Shown here: piece by piece, positions 19,101 to 27,986 of the stretch
Numbering within the stretch: position 1 is the stretch's first letter
Layout of the letters: each line of letters starts with the position of its first letter
Source: an uncultured delta proteobacterium
GTDB taxonomy: Bacteria > Desulfobacterota > WTBG01 > CAIYCZ01
Direction of reading: 5' to 3'
Assembly: GCA_963803975.1 (NCBI GenBank)
Contig: CAWDOY010000017.1
Span: 649 to 64,648, forward strand
Length of the DNA: 64,000 bases
Position numbers and translations under genes: made by a program
Notes under the pieces: model-generated
Told to the model about the DNA's origin: nothing
What the model saw: the letters and a program-made list of their open reading frames with translations, nothing else
The model's database searches: none

Positions 19101-19496
19101 TCAATAAAATTTCAGGCTGACAACTCTGGCGATGGCTGCAAAATCACTATCGTTATGCAGCAGCAACAGATCGTGCTCAATAGCTATCTGGGCTATGAGG
19201 CAATCAATGCTGCTGCGAATTGTTATCCCCTTTTTTCTGCACGCAACATATATTCTGGCTGCATGTGCAAACGTTTCAACAGGATGCAGCGGGTGTATAA
19301 AATGCTGTGTTTCAAAGTAGGTTTTAAGCAGCGAGTACTCCTGTTCTGATTTTGCTCCCTGAAGAACTTCCTGATATATAAAAGACGTGATGCCAAAGGG
19401 GACTTTCTGCTTAAGTATCCTTTTGAATTTTCTGGTTGGTTTATTGTCGATGCCTTTTAAAAAACTGATCAGCACTGAAGTATCAACAAGTATCAT
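19101..19496 (-). CDS. vapC: type II toxin VapC (PIN-domain ribonuclease)
   Basis: MILVDTSVLISFL... PIN acidic residues; 4-nt overlap with upstream antitoxin gene. Confidence 0.85.
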   Translation of the reverse strand: MILVDTSVLISFLKGIDNKPTRKFKRILKQKVPFGITSFIYQEVLQGAKSEQEYSLLKTYFETQHFIHPLHPVETFAHAARIYVACRKKGITIRSSIDCLIAQIAIEHDLLLLHNDSDFAAIARVVSLKFY

Positions 19497-19699
19497 GTAC
19501 TCTCTCTCGATTTTTTATAATCATATCCCTCAGCAAATTCTATATTCCCTTCCAGATCAAGGAGATTCATGCGTCGCCGGTTTTCCACAAATTCCTTCAG
19601 TGCTATGGAAATGAGTTCCTTCTTGGTCTTAACCTGAGAATATTTAAACGCTTCTTTCACGAGTTTTTCATCGAGCACTATATTGGTTCGCATAGACAC
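19493..19699 (-). CDS. vapB: type II antitoxin VapB
   Basis: MSMRTNIVLDEKLVKEAFKYSQVKTKKELISIALKEF matches VapB-antitoxin family; ATGA overlap with vapC. Confidence 0.75.
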   Translation of the reverse strand: MSMRTNIVLDEKLVKEAFKYSQVKTKKELISIALKEFVENRRRMNLLDLEGNIEFAEGYDYKKSREST

Positions 19700-19855
19700 A
19701 CCTCCCTATACACATCATAATACACATATACGTTAAAACAGTCAAGATCTGCATTCTAATTAAAACAGGGATTCGAGGAAACCAGGGAAAAACAGGGCCA
19801 ACGCCCGCCTTAAATTACCCTGCGGCATTCATCAGGCATCAGCATAAATAAAACA

Positions 19856-19882
19856 GAGATTAGTCAGCTTGGCTAATCTCTA
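19856..19882 (-). terminator. 9-bp inverted repeat AGAGATTAG-N9-CTAATCTCT followed by T-rich tract on minus strand; possible higA terminator
   Basis: Seen directly in the 270-bp higA-vapB spacer. Confidence 0.3.
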
Positions 19883-19968
19883 TTGGTTTATCTGCCAAAG
19901 GACGTAAGGGGCTGGATTGATTTTATACAATAAGCGCAGCCCTCAATTGTGTTAATTTGCAATTGGAA

Positions 19969-20271
19969 TCAAACAACCGCCCGCAGCGGCCGCACTTCAC
20001 GCGCAACCTGCGCAGACATGGCATCCTCTGCGACATCCATATCATACCGGCTTTGCAGGTTTATCCAGTACCGTGGGCTTTGCCCGAAATAGCGACCCAG
20101 GCGCAAGGCAAGCTCTGCGGTCACCGGCCGTCTGCCATTCACCACATGATTAATCCGCATGGCAGGAATGCCTAAATCCTGCGCAATCCGGTATTGTGAC
20201 AGCTTTAACTCGTCAAGCAGCTCTTTCAAATACACACCAGGGTGCACCGGAGCAATATGTCTTTTAGCCAT
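19969..20271 (-). CDS. higA: HigA-family antitoxin (XRE-type HTH)
   Basis: MAKRHIAPVHPGVYLKELLDELKLSQYRIAQDLGIPAMRINHVVNGRRPVTAELALRLGRYFG classic HigA; start at internal ATG 20271. Confidence 0.8.
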   Translation of the reverse strand: MAKRHIAPVHPGVYLKELLDELKLSQYRIAQDLGIPAMRINHVVNGRRPVTAELALRLGRYFGQSPRYWINLQSRYDMDVAEDAMSAQVAREVRPLRAVV

Positions 20272-20281
20272 GGCGGCCTCC

Positions 20282-20392
20282 TTAATGATAATCGACGATT
20301 TCGACCTGTTCTGCATTGCCATTGCGCCACTCAAAACAGATGCGCCATTGTTCGTTAATACGAATGCTCCACTGCCCTTTGCGCTTTAACTT
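20282..20392 (-). pseudogene. higB: higB toxin remnant (C-terminal 36 codons only: KLKRKGQWSIRINEQWRICFEWRNGNAEQVEIVDYH*)
   Basis: Hand translation; in-frame TAG immediately upstream (20395-20393); 10 nt before higA start; N-terminal ~55 codons missing and region overlapped out-of-frame by 3' end of S1-domain gene. Confidence 0.6.
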
Positions 20393-21677
20393 CTAAGGCT
20401 GCTTTTGGCTTTTTATAATACTCTTCCGTTTCAATACCGGTTTTGCTGATGTGCGGGTTTGCAGGAATCAGCGTTTTTCGGTTTTTCCCTTCCGGGCTTT
20501 TAAGAAAGCTGCGCCCATGCGCGCCAGGGGAGTCTGATTTTCCGGCAGGCTGCTTTTCCACATACTGCCTGAAATCATCTTCCTCCTGCTCCTGCGGGCC
20601 TGAACTTGCAAGGGCAAGCGAAAGCCGCTTGCTTTCCATGTCGATCTTGATTACCCGCACCTCTATTGCCTGGCCTTCGGCGAGCACCTCGCGCGGATGG
20701 TTGATGCGCTTGCCCTGGCCAAGCTGTGAAATATGAATGAGGCCGTCGATGCCGGGCGCAAGCGTCACAAACGCGCCGAACGGGGCAAGGTGCGCCACAA
20801 TGCCGGTGTGACAGGACTCTTCCGGGAACCGTGCGGACAGCTGCAGCCAGGGATCAGGCAGCGCGGCCTTCAGGCTGACGGAGATTCTGCTTTTCTCCCA
20901 GTCAAGCTCCGTCACTTTCACCTCTAACTCCTGCCCCGGGGAAAGTACGCTGCTCAAGTCATCGATTCTGCTCCAGCCGACCTCTGATATGGGCAGCAGG
21001 GCCTCGACGCCGCCGATATCGACAAAAGCGCCGAAGGGTCTCAAGGATATGACGGTACCTTTTAGGACCATATCTTTTTGCAAGGTCTTTTTCAGCTCTT
21101 CCCGGATACGTTCCCGCTCCTCTTCAAGCACCTTTCTGTTTGACAGCACCAGCGAGCGGCCGTTGTCGCGGTATTCCGTGATTTTGAAGAGCAGTTTTTT
21201 GCCGATAACATCCTGCGGATTGTCGCTGCGGCGAAGGCCCATCTGCGAGAACGGGCAGAAGCCGCGAACAGAGCCGGCAATTTTTATTTCATAGCCGCCC
21301 TTGATTTCCTTCTCCGCAACACCCTCAACGGGAATGCGGCTGTGAAAGGCATCTTCGAGATACTGATTGCCGACAGCGCCGCCGCTGACCTTTGTAGTAA
21401 AAATCCTCTCATTGCTTTCCGATGACAGGAAGTAGGCGCTGACCCTGTCGCCTTCCGCAACGCTGAGTTTGCCGTCGGCATCAAGCAGCTCTTTTCTGTC
21501 AAGGCAGCCTTCGCTTTTGTCGCCAAGGTCCAGGAATATCCATTCATCGGTTATCTTGACGATGACCGCTTCGACCTTCTGTCCCGGTTCGAGGCGTGAG
21601 GGTTTTTTAAAGCTCTGCTCAAACAGTTCGGCAAAGCTTTTGTCTTCGGTTTCTTCCATATTTTTTTCGTTATTCAT
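20355..21677 (-). CDS. S1 RNA-binding domain protein (4 S1 domains, ribosomal protein S1-like paralogue)
   Basis: Repeated S1 motifs (G..V.G.V..I..FGAFV.I..G..GL.HIS..); 440 aa. Confidence 0.8.
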   Translation of the reverse strand: MNNEKNMEETEDKSFAELFEQSFKKPSRLEPGQKVEAVIVKITDEWIFLDLGDKSEGCLDRKELLDADGKLSVAEGDRVSAYFLSSESNERIFTTKVSGGAVGNQYLEDAFHSRIPVEGVAEKEIKGGYEIKIAGSVRGFCPFSQMGLRRSDNPQDVIGKKLLFKITEYRDNGRSLVLSNRKVLEEERERIREELKKTLQKDMVLKGTVISLRPFGAFVDIGGVEALLPISEVGWSRIDDLSSVLSPGQELEVKVTELDWEKSRISVSLKAALPDPWLQLSARFPEESCHTGIVAHLAPFGAFVTLAPGIDGLIHISQLGQGKRINHPREVLAEGQAIEVRVIKIDMESKRLSLALASSGPQEQEEDDFRQYVEKQPAGKSDSPGAHGRSFLKSPEGKNRKTLIPANPHISKTGIETEEYYKKPKAALEVKAQRAVEHSY

Positions 21678-21757
21678 GTCTGCTCTTCAGAAAGGGTGGA
21701 TATGAGGTTCACGTCTTCAATGGTCACTAATTATGAACCATAAAACAGCTTTGGACT

Positions 21758-22725
21758 TCAAAGCAAAAGAGAGTCAGTCAACCCAGACCAACTCTCTGTC
21801 CATATATTCAAATTGCTTAATTTTCTGGCGTTACGATAAACAAATCCATAGTCAGTAAAAGAGTCAGGGTCTTGTGCCCACCCTATCACTTCCCCAGTAT
21901 CATTCAGCTCTGTAACACTAATCATACGCTTGCCATATGGTAAAAAGAATGTGTATTTGCCACCACTGTAAATAAACCCCTTTTTCCCTTTAGGCAATTC
22001 AGTACCATCATCAACTTCGCCAACCACCTCTCCATTATTGTTGATATGATAAAACCGTGCATTAACCCAACCAGGAGGCAGCAACTCTGTGTACTGGCCG
22101 CCACTGTAAATAAACCCCTTATGCAATCCATTCCCATCATGACCATCCCCTAACACTCCTCCATTATCATTAATGTCAAAAGCACTCGCATTAATCCAAC
22201 CAGGGGGCAGAAACTCTGTGTACTGGGCGCCACTGTAAATGAAGCCTTTTCCTATCCCCTCACTATCTTCACCCCCGCCAACCACATCTCTGTTATTGTC
22301 GATGTCACGAGCACACGGATTAACGCAACCAGGAGGCAGCAATTCTGTGTACTGGCCGTCACTGTAGATAAAGCATTTTTCTCACTCCCTCACCCTCTTC
22401 ACCCCTGCCAACCACATCTCCAGTATCATTTATGGAATTAGCATAAGAAGAACGCCAACCCTTCTGGCAGTATATATGTAAAGATACCACCACTATAAAT
22501 AAAGCCAGTACTATCGACCTCACAAAGACCATACTTGCAATATGTAATATGCGACCCAACAACTTCTCCGTTTTCATTTATGTCTGCAGGCTGAACCCAA
22601 ACATAATTATCTGGATGGAAATAAGTGTATTCATACTCAATAGGCGGTGAACAACTATAAAACAACACAATGCAAACAATTGTTAGCAGTAATCCGAGCT
22701 GCTTCATAATCATTAAGTTTTTCAT
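21758..22725 (-). pseudogene. repeat-containing secreted/lipoprotein disrupted by two frameshifts (three ORF fragments 22725-22438, 22577-22359, 22342-21758)
   Basis: Signal peptide MKNLMIMKQLGLLLTIVCIVLFYSC; ~40-aa repeats KGFIYSGGQYTELLPPGW(I/V)NA..DINDNG.V.G continue across frames; shifts at ~22456 and at T5/A5 run ~22376. Confidence 0.6.
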
Positions 22726-23122
22726 AATAAAACACCTCCTTTTTGAAAAATAAAAAACCCCTAACAGTCCGAAAGCAGACCGATAGAGGCACGTTTTAAA
22801 ATCATATTATAAGAGCGTTGTTCCCCTGCATAAAGCATATACCCCTGAAATTTATCGGATAGTATATCCTTGCCTATGGCTTCGGTCAAATGAAATATAT
22901 GCAGGAGTTTACAGATTCGTTTTGAAAACTGCGGGCGAAGTTCTGGGGCCGTAGCCCATCTGCCAGTTGAAAGTGCAGTAGGAGAGGTTGTCTGACGAAT
23001 GGTTTACCGCAGAAGATAAGACGGCAGTGAATAATATCAGGAGCTATGAGGCTCGGCTGAGGGCATTGGAAGATTTCTAAAGAAGAATGTGGGAGGTGAT
23101 GGTAATAAGCTATATTATTTTC

Positions 23123-23150
23123 TGGCGCGCCCAGCCCGACTCGAACGGGC
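23123..23150 (-). repeat. 28-nt direct repeat identical to the 3' end (T-arm 3' half + acceptor + CCA) of tRNA-Arg(TCG) at 23444-23471; attR-like fragment
   Basis: Seen directly: tggcgcgcccagcccgactcgaacgggc at both positions, also sharing upstream attatt. Confidence 0.75.
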
Positions 23151-23443
23151 TTGACTTGAGGATTTCGCTATCTTTTTACTTTACGTCTTTTTTTTACAGC
23201 TTCAACAATTTGTTCGACGCTGTCATTTTTTAACCACTTGGCTCTTTCTTTAGTATAATCACCAGAGCCGCTTTCAAATTGCCTTAAAAAACGGATCATA
23301 CCGGTTGTACCCAATCGCTTTTCAACAGCTCTTAATCCCAGCATTTTTATTTAACAGTTTAACTAATTGACCATTAAAAAGGGTTAGCTGTTTTTTATTC
23401 CGGCTAACCCTGGCCTTATATGAAAAATTAAAACATTATTCGC

Positions 23444-23520
23444 TGGCGCGCCCAGCCCGACTCGAACGGGCGACCTGCGGATTCGAAGTCCGATGCTCTA
23501 TCCAACTGAGCTACGGGCGC
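23444..23520 (-). tRNA. tRNA-Arg (anticodon TCG), CCA encoded
   Basis: Hand-folded cloverleaf: acceptor GCGCCCG/TGGGCGC, D-arm GCTC..GAGC, anticodon loop CTTCGAA, T-arm GCCCG TTCGAGT CGGGC. Confidence 0.8.
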
Positions 23521-23525
23521 GTATG

Positions 23526-23603
23526 TGGGGTGGATGAAGGGATTTGAACCCTCGGCCCCCAGGGCCACAACCTGGTGCTCTAACCAACTGAGCTACACCC
23601 ACC
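23526..23603 (-). tRNA. tRNA-His (anticodon GTG) with encoded G-1 and C73
   Basis: Hand-folded: G-1, acceptor GTGGGTG/CATCCAC, anticodon stem CCAGG/CCTGG loop TTGTGGC, CCA encoded. Confidence 0.8.
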
Positions 23604-23659
23604 ACATATTTTCTATTATATAGATTTGCGCTTAAATATGCAAACTTAAAAATTCTCTA

Positions 23660-23736
23660 TGGCGCGCCTGGAGGGACTCGAACCCCCAACCTACGGCTTA
23701 GAAGGCCGTTGCTCTATCCTGCTGAGCTACAGGCGC
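23660..23736 (-). tRNA. tRNA-Arg (anticodon TCT), CCA encoded
   Basis: Hand-folded: acceptor GCGCCTG/CAGGCGC, anticodon stem ACGGC/GCCGT loop CTTCTAA. Confidence 0.8.
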
Positions 23737-23779
23737 ACAGGTTGCATAAATATCATTAATTTGCTGTTATGTCAAACAG

Positions 23780-24908
23780 TTAGAGATTTTTTACCGGCAC
23801 AAGCGCCTGATACAGGGAAACATATTGTTCGGTTACCGATTCCAAAGAGAATTTTTCTACCGCAGTTTTTCGAGCTTGCACGCCGAGTGCCTTTGCCAAG
23901 TCTTTATCCTGTAAAATTTTCTTCATCGCCTGATACAGTTGACCCGCATTGTCCGGCTCTACCAGGATGCCGTTGACGCCATCCTGCACCAGGTCAACAG
24001 TGCCGCCGACCCGTGTCGCGACAACCGGGAGGCCGCAGGCCATAGCCTCAAGCAGCACATTGGAGAGCCCTTCGGAGAATGACGGGAGCACAAACAGGGT
24101 GGCCTGCTGCAGATACGGCCTGATATCCGCTGTTTCGCCGCAAAAACGTATCGAATCCGCGCGGCCTGTATCACGGGCAAGCTTTGTCAATTTCTCCCTG
24201 TCAGGCCCGTCGCCGATAATGGCGAGATGGGCTGCGACGCCCGCATCGTTTAGCTGCTTAAATGCCTCAAGCAGGACATGTACGCCCTTCATGCGGTCTA
24301 GCCTTCCGACAAAGACGACAGTTAACGGCCCTTCTGCGCGCGGCAGCGGCTTGAAATAGCTGCTGTCCACGCCGTTCGGTATGCTGCAGCACCTGTTCCG
24401 GCAGAAAGCCCGCCTGCAATGCTTCCCTAGCTGATTGTGAACACACGCAGATGAGCCGGTCGGCCCGGGGGGTCTGGCGCAGCAGAAAGCCTCCACCGAA
24501 AAGGTTTTTCATCATCCTAAAATCACTGATCGGGCCGGTTGCGCCGACTTTTATAATCACCTTTTTTTTGAAAAGTGCTTTCATCAGTATGGCGGCAAGG
24601 GAGTGAAAGCCCTGCAGCAGGTGGCAGTGGATAATATCGTAGCTCCGGCGCTTCTTCAGAAGAAACCACAGGACCGAGAAGAGATACGTGAGCGCAAACC
24701 ATTTTCCCCAGGGAAGGGTCCTGATCGCCCGATAGACCAATACGCCCCGGACTGTTTCATGAGCAGGAAGCCCCTTGAACTTCCTGGTAAGAACGAAAAC
24801 CTGCACGCCGCGCTGTATCAATTGTTCGGCAAGCTGCAGGGCCTGCTGCTCTGCTCCCCCAAGATGGGGATAGAAAAAAGAAATAATTATTAAGACGCGC
24901 GGCTGCAT
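23780..24908 (-). pseudogene. GT4-family glycosyltransferase split by a +1 frameshift near 24385 (N-domain ORF 24908-24267, C-domain ORF 24496-23780)
   Basis: N-half ...FYPHLGGAEQ... ; C-half IPNGVDSSYF...EGLSNVLLEAMACGLPVVATRVGG; frames meet at ...AGFLPEQV / IPNGVD. Confidence 0.6.
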
Positions 24909-25054
24909 TTCAGATCCTTAAGCCTTTGCCTGCTTCTGTTTTACCGAGAAAACAATAACACCGATGACCGCAACAAGCCCGATCAGTTTGCCGGCAAGGC
25001 GCTCTACCTGCATCTCTGCCCCGCTTGCTATGGGCCGGAACTGGTGAATGACCA

Positions 25055-26989
25055 TCAGCACTCGTGGAAGCATAGGCTGCCTGCCGGGGGTGATAATGTT
25101 TCATCGATAAACATGAGGTGCCACAGCTCAAGCATGAGCAGGTTCCAGATCAGGTACTGCCACTGCTCCCCCCGCTGGTGGCGCTGCAGCATCTGCTCAA
25201 CATAGTCTCTTTTGAAATAGCCCCGCTCAAGAGCCCGCTTGCTGAGCAGGGTGTCAAAAGCCATATCCTTCAGCTCGTGGCGAAACCAGTGGTCCAGGGG
25301 AACGCCGAAGCCCATCTTGGGGCGATATATAAGATCGCGCGGCAGGTAGGGCTCAACCGCCTTTTTTAAAATATATTTCCCTTCCCGGCCATCTTTCAGC
25401 TTGAGGTCTGACGGTATCCGGGCCGCGAATTCCATAAACGTGTGGTCAAGAAACGGGGAGCGGGCTTCCAGCGAATAGGCCATGGAGGCAATGTCCACCT
25501 TGGGCATGAGCGTGTCCGGCAGATACAGCCCGAAATCAAGTGACAGGGTGGTATCAAGAAAATCAGCGGCTTCTGCGGCACGGTATTTATCCAGCATGAT
25601 GTCTACTGACAATGCGCGCCCGGTAAGCTTTTTCATCTCGGCAGTATAGAGCCCTCTCTTGTACAGCTCATGAAAATGGGTAATGCGGTAGTAATACAGC
25701 AGGCGCTCCTGATTGAGCGCCAGGAAGCGCCGGGCATTCTTCACCAGCCCGTCCGCCGGGCTCATGAAGGCATACAGAGAGCAGCGCTGTTTCAGCCAGC
25801 GCTTCAGTAAATAGGCCGGGCCGGGCTGAAGCGCATTGTCGCCGGTATTGGTGTAGCGCGGATAGCCGGCAAAGTTTTCATCTCCGCCGTCGCCGTTCAG
25901 TATGACCGTCACGTGCTGCCGCGCCAGCTTGCTCACATAAAAAGTGGGGATTGCGGAGGAATCGGCAAACGGCTCATTGTAGTGCCAGACCAGCTCGGGG
26001 AAGATGGCCTGTGCCTCGGGTTTGACAATAAATTCATGGTGGTCTGTGTGGTAGCGCTCAGCCACCATGCGCGCGTAGGGCAGCTCATTATATTCATCAT
26101 GCTCAAAGCCGATGGAAAACGTTTTGACCGGCTGGTTCATGAGCCCGGCCATCAGGGCGGTGATGATGGAGGAATCTATGCCCCCTGAAAGAAATGCGCC
26201 CAGAGGCACATCGCTCATCAGGCGGACTTTTACTGCTTCGCGCAGGCGCTCAATGATTTCTTCCTGCAGGCCGGCCAGCGCTTTTTCATCCGGCACTGAT
26301 AGTTTATCAGCATAGGACAGCTTCCAGTAGCAGGCTGGCTGTTCACCGCCATTTCTGATCAGCAGGCAGTGGGCCGGGGGAAGTTTTTTGACCCCCTTGA
26401 ATGCGCAATACGGCGCGGGAACGGATTGATAGCTTAAGTAGTGGTGCACTGCTTCAATATCAACCTCCCTGGTGAAGGCAGGGTCCTGAAGAATTGCTTT
26501 GATCTCAGAGGCAAACATGACGCGGTCGGGAAGGTCGGCATAAAACAGCGGTTTCTTTCCCACCCGGTCCCTGGCCAGAAACAGGGTTTTAGCAGTGTCG
26601 TCCCACACGGCAAAGGCAAACATTCCGCGCAAACGCTTCACGCAGGCTGCTCCTTCCTCTTCCCAGAGATGCACAATAACCTCGGTATCAGTGCGGGAGC
26701 GGAACTGGTGGCCCCTGGCGAGGAGGTAGTCTTTTATTTCCGGAAAATTATAAATTTCCCCGTTGAAGGTGACCCATACCGTTTGATTCTCGTTGGGCAT
26801 GGGCTGGTTGCCGAGGGGGCTCAGGTCAATGATTGAAAGGCGGGTGTGCCCGAGGCCGGCATTTTTATTAGTCCAGATCCCGTTATAATCAGGGCCGCGA
26901 TGATTGAGAACGCGGCCCATTTTTCTCAGCAGGTCGGCTTCAACCGTGCGCTCAGGATTCTTATAGACGATTCCATAAATGCCGCACAT
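25055..26989 (-). CDS. asparagine synthase (glutamine-hydrolysing) family amidotransferase, AsnB/WbpS-like
   Basis: MCGIYGIV N-terminal nucleophile Cys, GATase-II domain, SGGIDSS PP-loop; 644 aa; embedded in glycan locus. Confidence 0.85.
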   Translation of the reverse strand: MCGIYGIVYKNPERTVEADLLRKMGRVLNHRGPDYNGIWTNKNAGLGHTRLSIIDLSPLGNQPMPNENQTVWVTFNGEIYNFPEIKDYLLARGHQFRSRTDTEVIVHLWEEEGAACVKRLRGMFAFAVWDDTAKTLFLARDRVGKKPLFYADLPDRVMFASEIKAILQDPAFTREVDIEAVHHYLSYQSVPAPYCAFKGVKKLPPAHCLLIRNGGEQPACYWKLSYADKLSVPDEKALAGLQEEIIERLREAVKVRLMSDVPLGAFLSGGIDSSIITALMAGLMNQPVKTFSIGFEHDEYNELPYARMVAERYHTDHHEFIVKPEAQAIFPELVWHYNEPFADSSAIPTFYVSKLARQHVTVILNGDGGDENFAGYPRYTNTGDNALQPGPAYLLKRWLKQRCSLYAFMSPADGLVKNARRFLALNQERLLYYYRITHFHELYKRGLYTAEMKKLTGRALSVDIMLDKYRAAEAADFLDTTLSLDFGLYLPDTLMPKVDIASMAYSLEARSPFLDHTFMEFAARIPSDLKLKDGREGKYILKKAVEPYLPRDLIYRPKMGFGVPLDHWFRHELKDMAFDTLLSKRALERGYFKRDYVEQMLQRHQRGEQWQYLIWNLLMLELWHLMFIDETLSPPAGSLCFHEC

Positions 26990-27007
26990 AATGATAGATG
27001 TAGTAAC

Positions 27008-27811
27008 CTATGTTCTTTTCTTTTTAAACAGATACTCAATATTTGCTTCGCCGGTTTTGACCTTCATGCGCTCAAGCCCCAGCGTGCCCTCGCAAAAAGC
27101 GCACATCTCCTCCAGCGTCGCCGGCTCATAGGGCCACCCTCCCAGCCAGTCCTTAACATCGGTCCAGAATTCCATGCCCCGGCTCGTTTTATAATTGCTG
27201 ATATACATGATGGACTTCCTGATGCGGCTGGGTGATGCGGTCCTGAAAAATGTGCGCCACACATAGGAAAGCTCCATGAGCTTTTTGCCGGGCCGGCCGG
27301 TGCGATTATATTTTTTCTTAATGTCTGTCCAGTAGGGCGTATCAGGGGTTTTGTCATAGATGGCGATATAAAAAATGCTGCCGGGTTTCAGAAACGTGGC
27401 AGCATTGCTGACTGCCCGCCAGAGATTCCCCGTATGATGAAGCACACCCCATGAATAGACGATATCGGCAGGCTCAAATGCGCGGATAAAATTGTCATCC
27501 AGTATTGAGCCCTGGGCAATCTGCCAGTTCGCCGGGCTTCCGTACATCTGGTGGATCTTTTTTGTGGTGGCAACAGAATAGGGGTCAACATCAAAACTGA
27601 CAATGCGCTGCGCCGCGGATTTAAAGGCCGCCAGGGAGTGAATGCCGCTGCCGCTGCCGATATCCAGGAAATGCTTTCCCTCTAAATCCTTGATCTCCAG
27701 GAAGTTAAGGAGATGCTGCCGCGCTATTTCAATGCGCTCTTCGGAAAAGTTCGCGCTGACGAACTGCTCCCAGTTTTTTCCGAATGAAAACGTTACTTTT
27801 TCTTCTGCCAC
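27008..27811 (-). CDS. class I SAM-dependent methyltransferase
   Basis: FLDIGSGSGIHSLA motif I. Confidence 0.75.
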   Translation of the reverse strand: MAEEKVTFSFGKNWEQFVSANFSEERIEIARQHLLNFLEIKDLEGKHFLDIGSGSGIHSLAAFKSAAQRIVSFDVDPYSVATTKKIHQMYGSPANWQIAQGSILDDNFIRAFEPADIVYSWGVLHHTGNLWRAVSNAATFLKPGSIFYIAIYDKTPDTPYWTDIKKKYNRTGRPGKKLMELSYVWRTFFRTASPSRIRKSIMYISNYKTSRGMEFWTDVKDWLGGWPYEPATLEEMCAFCEGTLGLERMKVKTGEANIEYLFKKKRT

Positions 27812-27986
27812 CGTCTGCGTCTACCCGCCCCGTTTATGGTTTTTTGCTTCATTGCCGCTTGCGCAGCAATCGTGATATTTTCATAAGCCACGACTGCTGG
27901 ATGGCTTGCGCCAGGCGAAATATTTCACTTGCCATGACGTCCTGATACTGCTGCTGCGCCGCAGCGGGGTTCTCCCGCAGCATTGT

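Noticed and set aside
22740-23122. Short plus-strand reading frames in the AT-rich region (e.g. ...EWFTAEDKTAVNNIRSYEARLRALEDF*)
   Set aside because: Fragments under 35 codons bounded by stops; plausibly relics of mobile-element genes but no family could be assigned, so not annotated as genes.
23659-23976. ORF 23659-23976(+) and ORF 59402-59623(-)
   Set aside because: They overlap tRNA-Arg(TCT) and tRNA-Leu(TAG) respectively; the tRNA folds are clean, so the ORFs are spurious.
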